Shown one piece after another: positions 1-9,331 of a stretch of DNA of 64,000 bases (its first letter is position 1; each line of letters opens with the position of its first letter). The notes beneath the pieces are model-generated. The model was not told where the DNA came from and did not search any database. It saw only the letters and a program-made list of their open reading frames with translations. The translations under genes were made by a program, and so were the position numbers. The DNA is from an uncultured Candidatus Saccharibacteria bacterium (GTDB lineage Bacteria; Patescibacteriota; Minisyncoccia; Phycocordibacterales; UBA2100), in assembly GCA_964512835.1 (NCBI GenBank), contig CAZELA010000001.1, positions 233,372 to 297,371 on the forward strand, in the 5' to 3' direction.

Positions 1-572
1 TCTCGATCATGCAGATGGCGGTGTTCTCGGTCGCATTCGTGTTTACGCAGTACAAGGAAAAAGGGGTGCTTAAGCGTCTGCTTGCAACGCCGATGCCGCC
101 GTTTGCGTTCGTGCTCTCGAATGCGATTACGCGACTGTTTGTATCGATCGCTCAGGCTGCGATATTCATTATTCTTGGTCTTATCCTGTTCAAGATCCAT
201 GTGGTGGGTTCATACTTCCTGCTTGCCCTTACGGTCGTGCTCGGTGCATTCATGTTCCTGGGGCTCGGATTCACGATTTCAGGGTTGGCTAAAACTACGG
301 ATACCGTGCCCGTTCTCGCCAACCTCACTGTCTTTCCGATGATGTTTTTGGGCGGCACATTCTTCGCTGTTGAGAACATGCCGGGTTGGCTTCAAGTGGT
401 GGCTAAACTGCTCCCGCTCACGTTCTTTTCGACCGCTGTACGAGAGATCATGACCAAGGGAACCGGTCTCAGCGGTATATGGATTGATCTTGTAGGTATG
501 CTCGTGTGGGCGGTCATCCTGTATATTCTCGCCACATTCACGTTCCGCATGCAGGAAAAAGACGCCTCGTAG
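1..572 (+). CDS. ABC-2 type transporter permease, C-terminal part (5' end outside window)
   Basis: Polytopic hydrophobic protein with ABC-2 permease-like TM pattern; ORF open at the window start. Confidence 0.55.
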   Translation, partial: SIMQMAVFSVAFVFTQYKEKGVLKRLLATPMPPFAFVLSNAITRLFVSIAQAAIFIILGLILFKIHVVGSYFLLALTVVLGAFMFLGLGFTISGLAKTTDTVPVLANLTVFPMMFLGGTFFAVENMPGWLQVVAKLLPLTFFSTAVREIMTKGTGLSGIWIDLVGMLVWAVILYILATFTFRMQEKDAS

Positions 573-590
573 GGGCGGTATACTGGCGCA

Positions 591-1055
591 ATGAAACAGG
601 CGACGCTCTGTTATTGCATCAAGGGAGACGAGATTTTACTCGGTCTGAAAAAGGTGCGCTTCGGAGCGGGAAAGTGGAACGGGTACGGGGGGAAGGTCGA
701 TCCGGGAGAAAGCAACGAAGAGGCGGCTGCGCGCGAACTGTTCGAGGAATCCGGTATTGCGACCGATGCAAACGCGCTCGAAAAAATCGCGGATATCCAA
801 TTCTATTTTGCGGGAAAGCCTGTGTTCCAGTGTCATGCGTACGTCGCACGCAGCTGGGAGAACGATGCGGCCGAAAGCGAAGAAATGCGTCCGCAGTGGT
901 TTCCGATTCGTTCGATGCCGTTCGATACGATGTGGGTGTCCGATTCGCTCTGGCTTGAACGCGCGCTCGCGGGAGAACATCTGCGTGGCGTGGTGCACTT
1001 TAATGACGACGGCTCTGCCGTGCTCGACGCCTCCTTTGAGGCGCTCGGAAATTGA
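591..1055 (+). CDS. NUDIX hydrolase
   Basis: Nudix box GKWNGYGGKVDPGESNEEAAARELFEESGI (GX5EX7REUXEEXGU). Confidence 0.75.
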   Translation: MKQATLCYCIKGDEILLGLKKVRFGAGKWNGYGGKVDPGESNEEAAARELFEESGIATDANALEKIADIQFYFAGKPVFQCHAYVARSWENDAAESEEMRPQWFPIRSMPFDTMWVSDSLWLERALAGEHLRGVVHFNDDGSAVLDASFEALGN

Positions 1056-1564
1056 CTATGAATGTATCGCTTATCGGAATGTCCGGTGCAGGAAAATCGT
1101 ATGTCGGTCGTCAGCTTGCCGATGCGCTCGATCTCACGTTCGTCGATGTGGATGCGGTCCTTGAGAAGCATGCACAGAAACCGCTTTCGGAAATAATTGA
1201 TGAGCTCGGTGAGGCGGCGTTCATCCGCGTTGAGGGGGCGGCAGTCGAGAAAGCATGCGACGGTGATAATCAACTCATTTCGACGGGTGGAAGTATCGTG
1301 TATTCGGAGTCCGCAATGGAATCGCTCAAGGAGCGTTCACGCGTCATATATCTTCGTGTATCTAAGGCGACGTTGTTGAAGCGGATTCAAAGCGATGCGG
1401 GTCGCGCGGACCGGATCATTGGTATCAAAGGAAAATCGCTCGAGGAGATCATTGACGAGCGAATGCCGCTCTACGAGCAATACGCACATGTGACGATCGA
1501 CGCGGAAACCGGCGGCGTGGAAAATATCGTTGCCCGTGCGGTCGAAGCCGCGTTGACACGATAG
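1052..1564 (+). CDS. aroK: shikimate kinase
   Basis: P-loop GMSGAGKS near N-terminus, shikimate-kinase-like length (170 aa), overlaps upstream stop by 4 nt. Confidence 0.8.
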   Translation: MTMNVSLIGMSGAGKSYVGRQLADALDLTFVDVDAVLEKHAQKPLSEIIDELGEAAFIRVEGAAVEKACDGDNQLISTGGSIVYSESAMESLKERSRVIYLRVSKATLLKRIQSDAGRADRIIGIKGKSLEEIIDERMPLYEQYAHVTIDAETGGVENIVARAVEAALTR

Positions 1565-1673
1565 CGGCGTCTGTTACTTTTAAATACATGCAGTCATATA
1601 CATCAATGATGATGGCGATGAACCAACCGCTCAGCGGCGCTCTTCGTACTGCATAATCACCTTTGCATACAAC

Positions 1674-1704
1674 AAAAAGCCCCGCCGAGCGCGGGGCTTT
1701 TTGT
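1674..1704 (+). terminator. Rho-independent terminator after aroK
   Basis: AAAAAGCCCCGCCGAGCGCGGGGCTTTTTGT GC hairpin plus T-run. Confidence 0.7.
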
Positions 1705-2093
1705 ATATGCATCAGCTCTTTGGAGGTTGCATGCGGCACCTTGTCGTCCAGGACGTCGCGCTCGTCACGCTTGCAGAGCGTACCTGGCGTGCGCGCGGAG
1801 GATATGTGTATCCGCTGCGCGTCTGTACCGTTTCGTGCTCCGATACCACCACGGTGCGACTGATCGATGTCACAGACACGGTACGAACGCTCGGCTCATG
1901 GAATATAACCGAATACGCGGATCTGCCGGACGTATTCCGCCAGATCAGCCGGGTCGACCGTTTCTTTTCGGGACTGGTCTTTCATGAGCGCATCGAACAG
2001 GGTCAATGCTTTTGGGAGAGTGTGGAACCCGACACGCTTCGCCCATCCCGCATGTTCTCGCGTTCGTGGCGCGAGCCGTACAGCATGATCTGA
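1701..2093 (+). CDS. hypothetical protein
   Basis: 130-aa ORF (TTG start in track; ATG at 1731) with GC3-rich codon usage; followed by terminator hairpin at 2095-2127. Confidence 0.35.
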   Translation: MYMHQLFGGCMRHLVVQDVALVTLAERTWRARGGYVYPLRVCTVSCSDTTTVRLIDVTDTVRTLGSWNITEYADLPDVFRQISRVDRFFSGLVFHERIEQGQCFWESVEPDTLRPSRMFSRSWREPYSMI

Positions 2094-2094
2094 C

Positions 2095-2127
2095 AACCCG
2101 AACGCACGCGTTCGGGTTGTTTTTCGT
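2095..2127 (+). terminator. Rho-independent terminator
   Basis: AACCCGAACGCACGCGTTCGGGTTGTTTTTCG. Confidence 0.65.
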
Positions 2128-2139
2128 GTGGTACATTGC

Positions 2140-2964
2140 ATGTCAATGAAACGGGATTTCCGGGAGCTTACGGAGGGAAATGCGGCCCAACATAGATATG
2201 TATGTGTCGGACTCGATCCGGATCTCGATAAAATGCCTGCTCACCTGAGATCCCTTTCCGCGCGTGACGCTATCGTGGCATTCAATCGTGCGATCATCGA
2301 TGCAACGGCGTCCGTTGCCGCGGCGTATAAACCGAACACAGCATTTTATGAGGCGTTCGGTGCGGACGGGTGGGATGCGCTTCGCGAAACAACATTGTAT
2401 GCTCAGGAGCGCGCAGCGCACGCAACGGTTATTGCGGACGCAAAACGGGCCGATATCGGGAATACCAATAACGGATATGTGGCGGCTATCTATGAATACC
2501 TGCAGGCCGATGCCGTAACGTTGCATCCGTATCTCGGAAAGGAAGCGCTGCAACCGTTTCTTGATCGCGACGACAAAGGCGCATTCATCCTCTGTCGGAC
2601 ATCGAACCCGGGTGCGGGTGAAATGCAGGACTTGAACGTGGACGGGTCACCGCTGTACCAAACTGTAGCGCGTATGGTCTCACATGAGTGGAATGATAAC
2701 GAGAACTGCGGCCTTGTTGCGGGTGCGACGTATCCGGCCGACATCGAACAGGTGCGACAGATCGCCCCGACACTTCCGCTCCTGATACCGGGAATCGGCG
2801 CTCAAGGCGGAGATCTCGAGGCGACCGTGCGCGCCGCTCGCGGTGGGGTAACACTCATTTCCGCGTCCCGCTCCATCATCTACGCGTCAGATGGTGAAGA
2901 CTTTGCGACAGCAGCTGCGCGTTCTGCACAGGAGCTTCATGGCTCCATTATAAAAGCGTCGTAA
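2140..2964 (+). CDS. pyrF: orotidine 5'-phosphate decarboxylase (type 2)
   Basis: YVCVGLDPDLD and DAKRADIGNT motifs typical of type-2 OMP decarboxylase; ATG at 2140 within track ORF 2128..2964. Confidence 0.85.
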   Translation: MSMKRDFRELTEGNAAQHRYVCVGLDPDLDKMPAHLRSLSARDAIVAFNRAIIDATASVAAAYKPNTAFYEAFGADGWDALRETTLYAQERAAHATVIADAKRADIGNTNNGYVAAIYEYLQADAVTLHPYLGKEALQPFLDRDDKGAFILCRTSNPGAGEMQDLNVDGSPLYQTVARMVSHEWNDNENCGLVAGATYPADIEQVRQIAPTLPLLIPGIGAQGGDLEATVRAARGGVTLISASRSIIYASDGEDFATAAARSAQELHGSIIKAS

Positions 2965-2986
2965 TATAGTTTGAACCACTCTTCAT

Positions 2987-3622
2987 ATGGACGAAGCACA
3001 TGTACTCGATGTTTTGCAGAAAGTAGGGGCATTCCGTGCGGGTCATTTTGTGTTTGTGTCGGGCCTTCATGCCGACACGTACGTGAATAAGAATGCGATG
3101 TATCCGTACACTCGCGAGATGTCGACGTTGTGTCGCGAGATTGCACAGCGGTTCAAAGGGCGAGGGGTTGAAGCGGTCGTCGGACCGGCGACCGGCGGCA
3201 TCATCTTGTCGCAATGGGTCGCGTATCATTTATCTGAGCTTGAAGGCCGCGAAGTGTATAGCGTGTACTCGGATAAGGATGGCGACGGGTTCGTGATCAA
3301 ACGAGGGTATAACGAATTGATAAAGGGTAAACAGGTGATTGTAGTCGAAGACCTTGTCACTACCGGAGGTTCGCTTCGGAAAGTTATCGAGGCGGCTCGC
3401 CAGGAAGGTGCGCATGTGCTTGCGGCTGTCGCTATTTGCAACCGTGGGAACGTTACGCGCGAGATGGCCGGAAACCCGCCCGAATTCATGTCTATGCTGA
3501 CTGTCGAGCTTGATCAGTGGCCGGAAGCGGAGTGTGACCTCTGCGCGCGGGGTATTCCGATCAATACCGATGTCGGTCATGGTAAGGACTTTTTACAAAA
3601 GCGAAGCACAATACTTTCATGA
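2987..3622 (+). CDS. pyrE: orotate phosphoribosyltransferase
   Basis: PRPP-binding motif VIVVEDLVTTGGS; follows pyrF. Confidence 0.85.
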   Translation: MDEAHVLDVLQKVGAFRAGHFVFVSGLHADTYVNKNAMYPYTREMSTLCREIAQRFKGRGVEAVVGPATGGIILSQWVAYHLSELEGREVYSVYSDKDGDGFVIKRGYNELIKGKQVIVVEDLVTTGGSLRKVIEAARQEGAHVLAAVAICNRGNVTREMAGNPPEFMSMLTVELDQWPEAECDLCARGIPINTDVGHGKDFLQKRSTILS

Positions 3623-3981
3623 AAAAGATCATTATTGCAGTTGTGGCGCTCATGCTTATCGGCGGAGCCGCGGTTTATATATACAAAGCACGGGAAGCCG
3701 CGGAATACGCTGCAATGCCCGCGCCGGCTGTCACGCAGTTGACCGCACCGGCCACCATGGCAGATGTTGCCATGCATGCGGGGGCCGAGAGTTGCTGGAG
3801 TGCCATAGACGGCAATGTATACGATCTGACAGGATGGGTTGCTGAGCATCCGGGTGGTGAGCGTGCAATCCTCTCCTTGTGCGGCAAGGATGGCACCGCT
3901 GCATTTCATGGTCAGCATCGAGACAATAAGGTCCAGGCCGATGTATTGGCCGAGTTCAAGATCGGCACGGTAGCGCAATAA
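3619..3981 (+). CDS. membrane-anchored cytochrome b5-like heme-binding domain protein
   Basis: N-terminal TM helix, then CWSAIDGNVYDLTGWVAEHPGG...AFHGQHRD (cyt b5 HPGG and second His); ATGA overlap with pyrE stop. Confidence 0.7.
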   Translation: MKKIIIAVVALMLIGGAAVYIYKAREAAEYAAMPAPAVTQLTAPATMADVAMHAGAESCWSAIDGNVYDLTGWVAEHPGGERAILSLCGKDGTAAFHGQHRDNKVQADVLAEFKIGTVAQ

Positions 3982-4067
3982 ACGCGCGATTGTGCTCATA
4001 CAACCTCCATAACGTGGAGTGATATACTGAGACAACTAGCAGTCTTAGGAATATAAAGCCTTTATCT

Positions 4068-4556
4068 ATGCGAAATCTTTTGTGGATCATTCTTGCGGTA
4101 ATCATCATCGGCGGCGGTTATTGGTGGTGGTCTATGTCTGCCCAGCCTACAGCGATGGTCAATGAGAACGCCGCATCTCCTGCACCGGTCACGGCCACAA
4201 CAACCCCGGAATCAGCCGTTACTACACCGGCTGCGACACCGTCAACGGTCACCGTTACCTACGACGGTAAAGCGTATTCGCCGGTTGATGTGACGATCAA
4301 GGCGGGTGATACGGTCGTGTTCAAAAACACCTCCGGCAAGAACATGTGGGTGGCGTCTGACGAGCATCCGACGCACACTGAGTTCGACGGTACATCGCGT
4401 GCAACGCACTGCGCAGCAGGATATGCCGGTGAAAAGCCGTTTGATCAGTGCAAGCCGGAAGCCGCAGACTACTCGTTTACGTTTGCTAAGGCGGGAACGA
4501 TTGAGTTCCACGACCACATCAACCCGAGCGCGCACGGTACGGTTACTATTCAGTAA
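4068..4556 (+). CDS. membrane-anchored cupredoxin-like domain protein
   Basis: N-terminal TM, low-complexity linker, then KAGDTVVFKNTSG...SDEHPTH...AKAGTIEFHDHINPSAHGTV resembling the cupredoxin-like/EfeO-type fold. Confidence 0.55.
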   Translation: MRNLLWIILAVIIIGGGYWWWSMSAQPTAMVNENAASPAPVTATTTPESAVTTPAATPSTVTVTYDGKAYSPVDVTIKAGDTVVFKNTSGKNMWVASDEHPTHTEFDGTSRATHCAAGYAGEKPFDQCKPEAADYSFTFAKAGTIEFHDHINPSAHGTVTIQ

Positions 4557-4562
4557 CGCTCT

Positions 4563-4919
4563 ATGAATCGTGATTCAGCGGAAATCATTCTGAGGATAGG
4601 GCTCGCGTTCGCGTTCCTGTATCCGCCGTTGAACGCAGTCGTGGACCCGAACGCCTGGATCGGCTACTTTCCTCCGTTCGTCCGGGGCATTGTGGACGAC
4701 ACGATCCTATTGCACGGCTTCGGCGTCATCGAGGTGATCATTGCGATATGGGTCCTCTGGGGACGGGCGATTTTCTGGCCGGCTCTCGCGGCGTTCCTGA
4801 TGCTTGTCGGTATTGTGGTGCTCGACCGCTCGGAATTCCAAGTTGTATTCCGTGATCTTTCGATCGCGGCGATCGCGCTGTATTTTGCGGTGAAATACCG
4901 ACCCGGCTCGATCCGATAG
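4563..4919 (+). CDS. DoxX-like small integral membrane protein
   Basis: 118 aa, 3-4 predicted TM helices, DoxX-like hydrophobic pattern. Confidence 0.45.
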   Translation: MNRDSAEIILRIGLAFAFLYPPLNAVVDPNAWIGYFPPFVRGIVDDTILLHGFGVIEVIIAIWVLWGRAIFWPALAAFLMLVGIVVLDRSEFQVVFRDLSIAAIALYFAVKYRPGSIR

Positions 4920-4930
4920 TACACTAGTCG

Positions 4931-4966
4931 CTCAAAGAAAAAGGGCTCCGCTCCGGAGCCCTTTTT
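4931..4966. terminator. bidirectional terminator between DoxX-like gene and trxB
   Basis: AAAGAAAAAGGGCTCCGCTCCGGAGCCCTTTTTCC. Confidence 0.7.
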
Positions 4967-4983
4967 CCGTATCAATGCGGCTT

Positions 4984-5967
4984 TTATACGGCGACCGCAG
5001 TGTCTTTGTGAACGAACATATAGATGTCCTCCAGGGCTTTTACGGCGTCTCCCGCAGCAATGTTGTTCTGGTGGTAGATACCGTCGGTGATGTCTCCTGC
5101 AGCCCATACACGGGGGTGTGACGTGCGCTGCAAACGGGGATCAACTTTGATCTGCTTAACCTCATTGAGTGCGATTGTGTCACCGAGCCATGCGGTGTTC
5201 GGAATAAGACCGATTTCCACGAATACTCCCGTTACCGGAAGCGTCGATTCCACACCGGACGCATCCTTCCACTTCATGCCGTTCACAAACTTGTCGCCGA
5301 GAATTTCCGTCGGTGCGGCGCTCGTCAGGAGTTTGAAATTCGGTTTTGACTTCGCGGCGGCCACGGTGATTTCGTCGGCCCGGAACGTTTCGGTCCTGTT
5401 GAGGAGCGTGACTGTTTTGCAGTAGGCCAGTAACTGCAGTGCGGTCTCGAACGCGGCGTTCCCGCCGCCGATGACCGCGACGTCCTGATCAGCGAACAGC
5501 GGTCCGTCGCAGGTTGCGCAGTAGGTGAGGCCCTTGTTATCAAATTCTGCGGCACCCGGAACGTCGAGCTTGCGGCGCTGCGCACCCGCGGCGACCAGCG
5601 CAGTCTTCGCCTTGTAGACCGTGCCGTTATCAACCGTGACCTCGACATGATCGCTGAATGTTTCAAACTTCGTTGCAAGCGCGGGGGAGACGACTTCGAG
5701 ATATTCGCCCTTGTATGCTTCGACGTGCTCTTTGAGCGCTTTTGCGAGATCGGCACCGGCGATCGCTTTCGTGCCGATCCAATTTTGAATTTCGCTGGAA
5801 ACATTGCTCTGGCCGCCCCATTCAGAAGTGATCTGAACAGTCTTCAGTTGTTTTCGAGCGGCGTAAATGGCGGCAGATGCACCTGCCGGGCCGCCGCCGA
5901 TGATGATGAGGTCGTACATAGCTATAGGATTAGTCTGAGCAGAATAGCACGGCCCGCACACGCTCAC
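4984..5967 (-). CDS. trxB: thioredoxin-disulfide reductase
   Basis: FAD motif IIGGGPAG, redox-active CATCDG, NAD(P)H motif GGGNAA. Confidence 0.85.
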   Translation of the reverse strand: MSVCGPCYSAQTNPIAMYDLIIIGGGPAGASAAIYAARKQLKTVQITSEWGGQSNVSSEIQNWIGTKAIAGADLAKALKEHVEAYKGEYLEVVSPALATKFETFSDHVEVTVDNGTVYKAKTALVAAGAQRRKLDVPGAAEFDNKGLTYCATCDGPLFADQDVAVIGGGNAAFETALQLLAYCKTVTLLNRTETFRADEITVAAAKSKPNFKLLTSAAPTEILGDKFVNGMKWKDASGVESTLPVTGVFVEIGLIPNTAWLGDTIALNEVKQIKVDPRLQRTSHPRVWAAGDITDGIYHQNNIAAGDAVKALEDIYMFVHKDTAVAV

Positions 5968-5982
5968 CGTGGATAATGTCGG

Positions 5983-7236
5983 CTATTTTCGTCGTAGGAA
6001 GGACGGGAGACCGCCCCAGCTGTCGTCTTCGTCGGTCGGTCCGGTTTCTACCGATGTGTCCTGAATGCGGACCTCGGGCTTCTTTTCTTCGCGAACCTGC
6101 GGCTTGTCCGTCGCGAGCGCGTCGATGATCTTTTTCGGTTCCGGACGCGGGATTGTCTGAATCGGCGGCACGTCCGTGTCTTTTGCTCGGGACGGTATAA
6201 CGCGCGTGGCGAATGTAGCGCCGCCAGCAGGACGGGCCGGCTGTTCCGGGAAGCCCGTTGCAATAACAGTGACGCGTACCTGGCCCTTCTTGAGCGACTC
6301 GTCGGTGATCGCGCCGAAGATGACCTTCGCCTCCGGGTCGATTGCCTCGGTGATGACGTTTGCGGCATCCTGAACTTCGAGCATGCCGAGGTCGTCGCCG
6401 CCCGCGATCGAGAAGAGAACTCCCTTTGCCCCGGTGATAGAGACTTCGAGGAGCGGGGAGTTGATCGCGGCTCGAGCTGCGTTTTCTGCTCGCTTTTCGC
6501 CGATCGCTGTACCGATACCCATGAGTGCGGAACCGGCATTCGCCATGATCGCGCGTACGTCGGCGAAGTCGACGTTGATGATGCCTGTCTGTGTGATGAG
6601 GTCGGAGATGCCTTCGACTGCCTGCTTCAGTATATCGTCGCACATTGCGAACGCGTTCTTGATGCCGGTTTCTCGAGAGACAATCGCAAGGAGTTTGTCG
6701 TTCGGAATGATGATGGTGGCATCGACTGCTTTGCGGAGCTCAGCGAGCCCTGCTTCTGCGAGTCGGATGCGCTGCTGGCCCTCGAATGCAAACGGTCGTG
6801 TAACAACACCGATCGTCAGAGCACCGAGTTCACGTGCGATTTTTGCGACAACGGGCGCCGCGCCGGTGCCGGTGCCGCCACCCATTCCGCAGGTTACGAA
6901 TACCATGTCGGAACCCTTAATCGCATCCTGAATTTCTTCACGCGTTTCTTCCGCCGCCTGTTTACCCATGTCCGGATTCATGCCGGTACCGAGTCCGCGG
7001 GTGAGTGTTTTACCGATGTGAATCTTGTGCTTTGCCTTTGATTTGTGGAGGTCCTGTGCGTCGGTGTTTACCGCAATGAAATCAACGCCCTGGACGCCTG
7101 TTGCGACCATGTGGTTGACCGTATTTCCACCCGATCCGCCGACACCGATAACTCGTATTCGCGCGAAAGATTCAACTTCGGGCTTCACTTGCTTTGACAT
7201 AGTGGGCACATCATAGCATTTCTGCGTAGAGGGCAA
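5983..7236 (-). CDS. ftsZ: cell division GTPase FtsZ
   Basis: Tubulin signature [18 protein letters not shown], long charged C-terminal tail. Confidence 0.95.
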   Translation of the reverse strand: MPSTQKCYDVPTMSKQVKPEVESFARIRVIGVGGSGGNTVNHMVATGVQGVDFIAVNTDAQDLHKSKAKHKIHIGKTLTRGLGTGMNPDMGKQAAEETREEIQDAIKGSDMVFVTCGMGGGTGTGAAPVVAKIARELGALTIGVVTRPFAFEGQQRIRLAEAGLAELRKAVDATIIIPNDKLLAIVSRETGIKNAFAMCDDILKQAVEGISDLITQTGIINVDFADVRAIMANAGSALMGIGTAIGEKRAENAARAAINSPLLEVSITGAKGVLFSIAGGDDLGMLEVQDAANVITEAIDPEAKVIFGAITDESLKKGQVRVTVIATGFPEQPARPAGGATFATRVIPSRAKDTDVPPIQTIPRPEPKKIIDALATDKPQVREEKKPEVRIQDTSVETGPTDEDDSWGGLPSFLRRK

Positions 7237-7305
7237 CGTTGACGCCCATATGCATTCATGTCTGAATTACATCGAAAAAACACAGTATTTGTGCCGCTAA
7301 ATCGA

Positions 7306-8475
7306 CTAGGGGAGCAGTGAGCGGAAACTTGCTTTCAAAGAGTTCCATCCGCCGCTGAGTACATCTCCGAGTGTCGTTCCTTTGTCGGATGCGTCTTCCG
7401 CGAACGCCCATCGGCACAGTCCGTATGCGACAGCCCAGGTGGCATCGGTCGATGCGGTGCGTGCAACATTCGCGATCTGTCCGACCTGTGACGGGAGTTT
7501 CAATACAGCCTTCGCAATCTCCGTCGCAGAAGCCGAACCGGAACCCCCGCCGGTGATGACGATACCTGCGGGGAGCAACTTCTGCCGACCGATCGTTTTC
7601 AGGTGGCCGTTGATGAGTGTGAACATGTCCTTCAAGCGAGCGGTGACAATCGTGTCTGACTTCTTTTGGGGAATGTCGCCGCCGGTCACTCCGCCGCGTT
7701 TGAGTTGTTCGGCTTCAGAGAGGGGGAGTTGGAACTGAAGCGCGATCATGTTCGTGATGTCGCCGGAACCGACGGGAAATACTTTGAGAGAAATCGGCGT
7801 ATCGTTATCAAATACGATGATCGACAGCGTTTCGGATCCGATATTTGCGAGACATACGCCCGCCATTTTTTGTGCTTTCGTGAGGGAGACGAGCGACGCC
7901 GCAAGCGGTGATGCCATCACGCTTTCAACTTCGACGCCGGCTGCCTCTACCGCTTCGATAAGGTCGTCGTGGTGCTGCGCGAGCAACGTAATCAGCAGGG
8001 TATCGACAGACAGTTTGGTTCCCTGTAATCCGGCCGGCTTGCCGAATACCTTGTTTCCGTCGACGCGGTATTCAAGCGGAATCGTGTGGACGACGACGCG
8101 GTTCACGAGCTTCGGTGTGGCGCGCTTTTCGCTGTCTTGCATGGCGCGTTCGATGTCACGCTCGGTTACGACTCCTCCCGACTGGGTGAGGGTCACGTCG
8201 CCCGTTGAGCGGATGTCATCAAGTCCGACGCCGCCGAGCGCCAAGCGCGCGCTCTTTACGGTGACTTTTGCGGCGGTTTGCGCGCGCATGAGCGCCTCGC
8301 GAATAGAACGCGTGGCCTCGCCGCGATCGACGATATAGCCATGGCGCATACCCTTTGAAACTGCGGTGCCGGTACCGATTATTTGCATCGGCGCCTCGGG
8401 ATTTTCCGCAGGCGCCGCGATAACTACCTTTACATTGAAAGTTCCGATGTCGATACCGGTGTAAAACGTCCGCAT
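7306..8475 (-). CDS. ftsA: cell division protein FtsA
   Basis: Actin-fold ATPase GIDIGTFNVKVVIA...; immediately upstream of ftsZ on the same strand. Confidence 0.85.
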   Translation of the reverse strand: MRTFYTGIDIGTFNVKVVIAAPAENPEAPMQIIGTGTAVSKGMRHGYIVDRGEATRSIREALMRAQTAAKVTVKSARLALGGVGLDDIRSTGDVTLTQSGGVVTERDIERAMQDSEKRATPKLVNRVVVHTIPLEYRVDGNKVFGKPAGLQGTKLSVDTLLITLLAQHHDDLIEAVEAAGVEVESVMASPLAASLVSLTKAQKMAGVCLANIGSETLSIIVFDNDTPISLKVFPVGSGDITNMIALQFQLPLSEAEQLKRGGVTGGDIPQKKSDTIVTARLKDMFTLINGHLKTIGRQKLLPAGIVITGGGSGSASATEIAKAVLKLPSQVGQIANVARTASTDATWAVAYGLCRWAFAEDASDKGTTLGDVLSGGWNSLKASFRSLLP

Positions 8476-8541
8476 TGCACGCGCATTATAGCGCGATACG
8501 GCTTCATTTACAGCCTACAAAAGGGGGATTTCTGCTGAATA

Positions 8542-8931
8542 CTACGCGAGTTTGAATCGGCGAAGTATTTTTTGCTCCGCAGCCTCCATGTGATCTGAGT
8601 GATCGAGTCCTTTCAGGTGAAAAAGACCATGCACGTAGAGGAGTGCCAGACGTTTAGTGAGCGGGATGCCGCCACGTTTCGCCTCGCGCGCGGCGCAGCG
8701 CACGTTCAGGAATATTTCGCCTTCAGTCTTTGAGTACGGGAACGAAAGCACATTCGGCCGGTACGACTTTTTGCGGTGCTCCATATTCATACGGCGTGAC
8801 AGTGTGTCGCCGCAGATGACGAGCGAGAGTTCGTAGTGTTTGCCGAGCACGGCTTCAGCTATCGCTTCAAACGAAATCCGCGGCACGGGGCCGCGGATCG
8901 TCGTTTTGATGTCTATTGAGGGCGAACCCAT
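8542..8931 (-). CDS. ybeY: rRNA maturation endoribonuclease YbeY
   Basis: HGLFHLKGLDHSDH metal-binding motif; start taken at MGSPSID to avoid overlap with rpsU. Confidence 0.8.
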   Translation of the reverse strand: MGSPSIDIKTTIRGPVPRISFEAIAEAVLGKHYELSLVICGDTLSRRMNMEHRKKSYRPNVLSFPYSKTEGEIFLNVRCAAREAKRGGIPLTKRLALLYVHGLFHLKGLDHSDHMEAAEQKILRRFKLA

Positions 8932-8944
8932 CGTCTGAGACGCA

Positions 8945-9289
8945 CTAGCGTGCGATTGGAGTCGATTCACCGAATCGTGCCGGTCCGGTATTTTCTGCAG
9001 CTTTGTTTGCCTGGGCCTGGGACTGATTCGCATCGCGATTGTAGCCGCGTCGTGCCGGAGCCTCTGCTACCTTACCTTCCTTGATGAGCTGCTTGAATTC
9101 CGCACGGCGCTTCAAGAGCTTGAGTGCGCGCTTTTTCTGCACCGACTTGGATGCATTTCGTTCGTAGTAACGGGTCTTGCGGGAATTCTTGATGAGGCCC
9201 GTACCCTGAACACGGCGGCTGAATTTACGAATGACCGCAAGAGCGGATTCGTTGCCGACCTTAGTGACTTCTGCGTTGATTGACATGTC
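8945..9289 (-). CDS. rpsU: 30S ribosomal protein S21 with C-terminal extension
   Basis: ALAVIRKFSRRVQGTGLIKNSRKTRYYERNASK matches the S21 core; start at MSINAEV. Confidence 0.65.
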   Translation of the reverse strand, partial: DMSINAEVTKVGNESALAVIRKFSRRVQGTGLIKNSRKTRYYERNASKSVQKKRALKLLKRRAEFKQLIKEGKVAEAPARRGYNRDANQSQAQANKAAENTGPARFGESTPIAR

Positions 9290-9331
9290 GCGAGATAATA
9301 CCTGCAAGTGGGTTGAAAGTCAACGCGGGGC

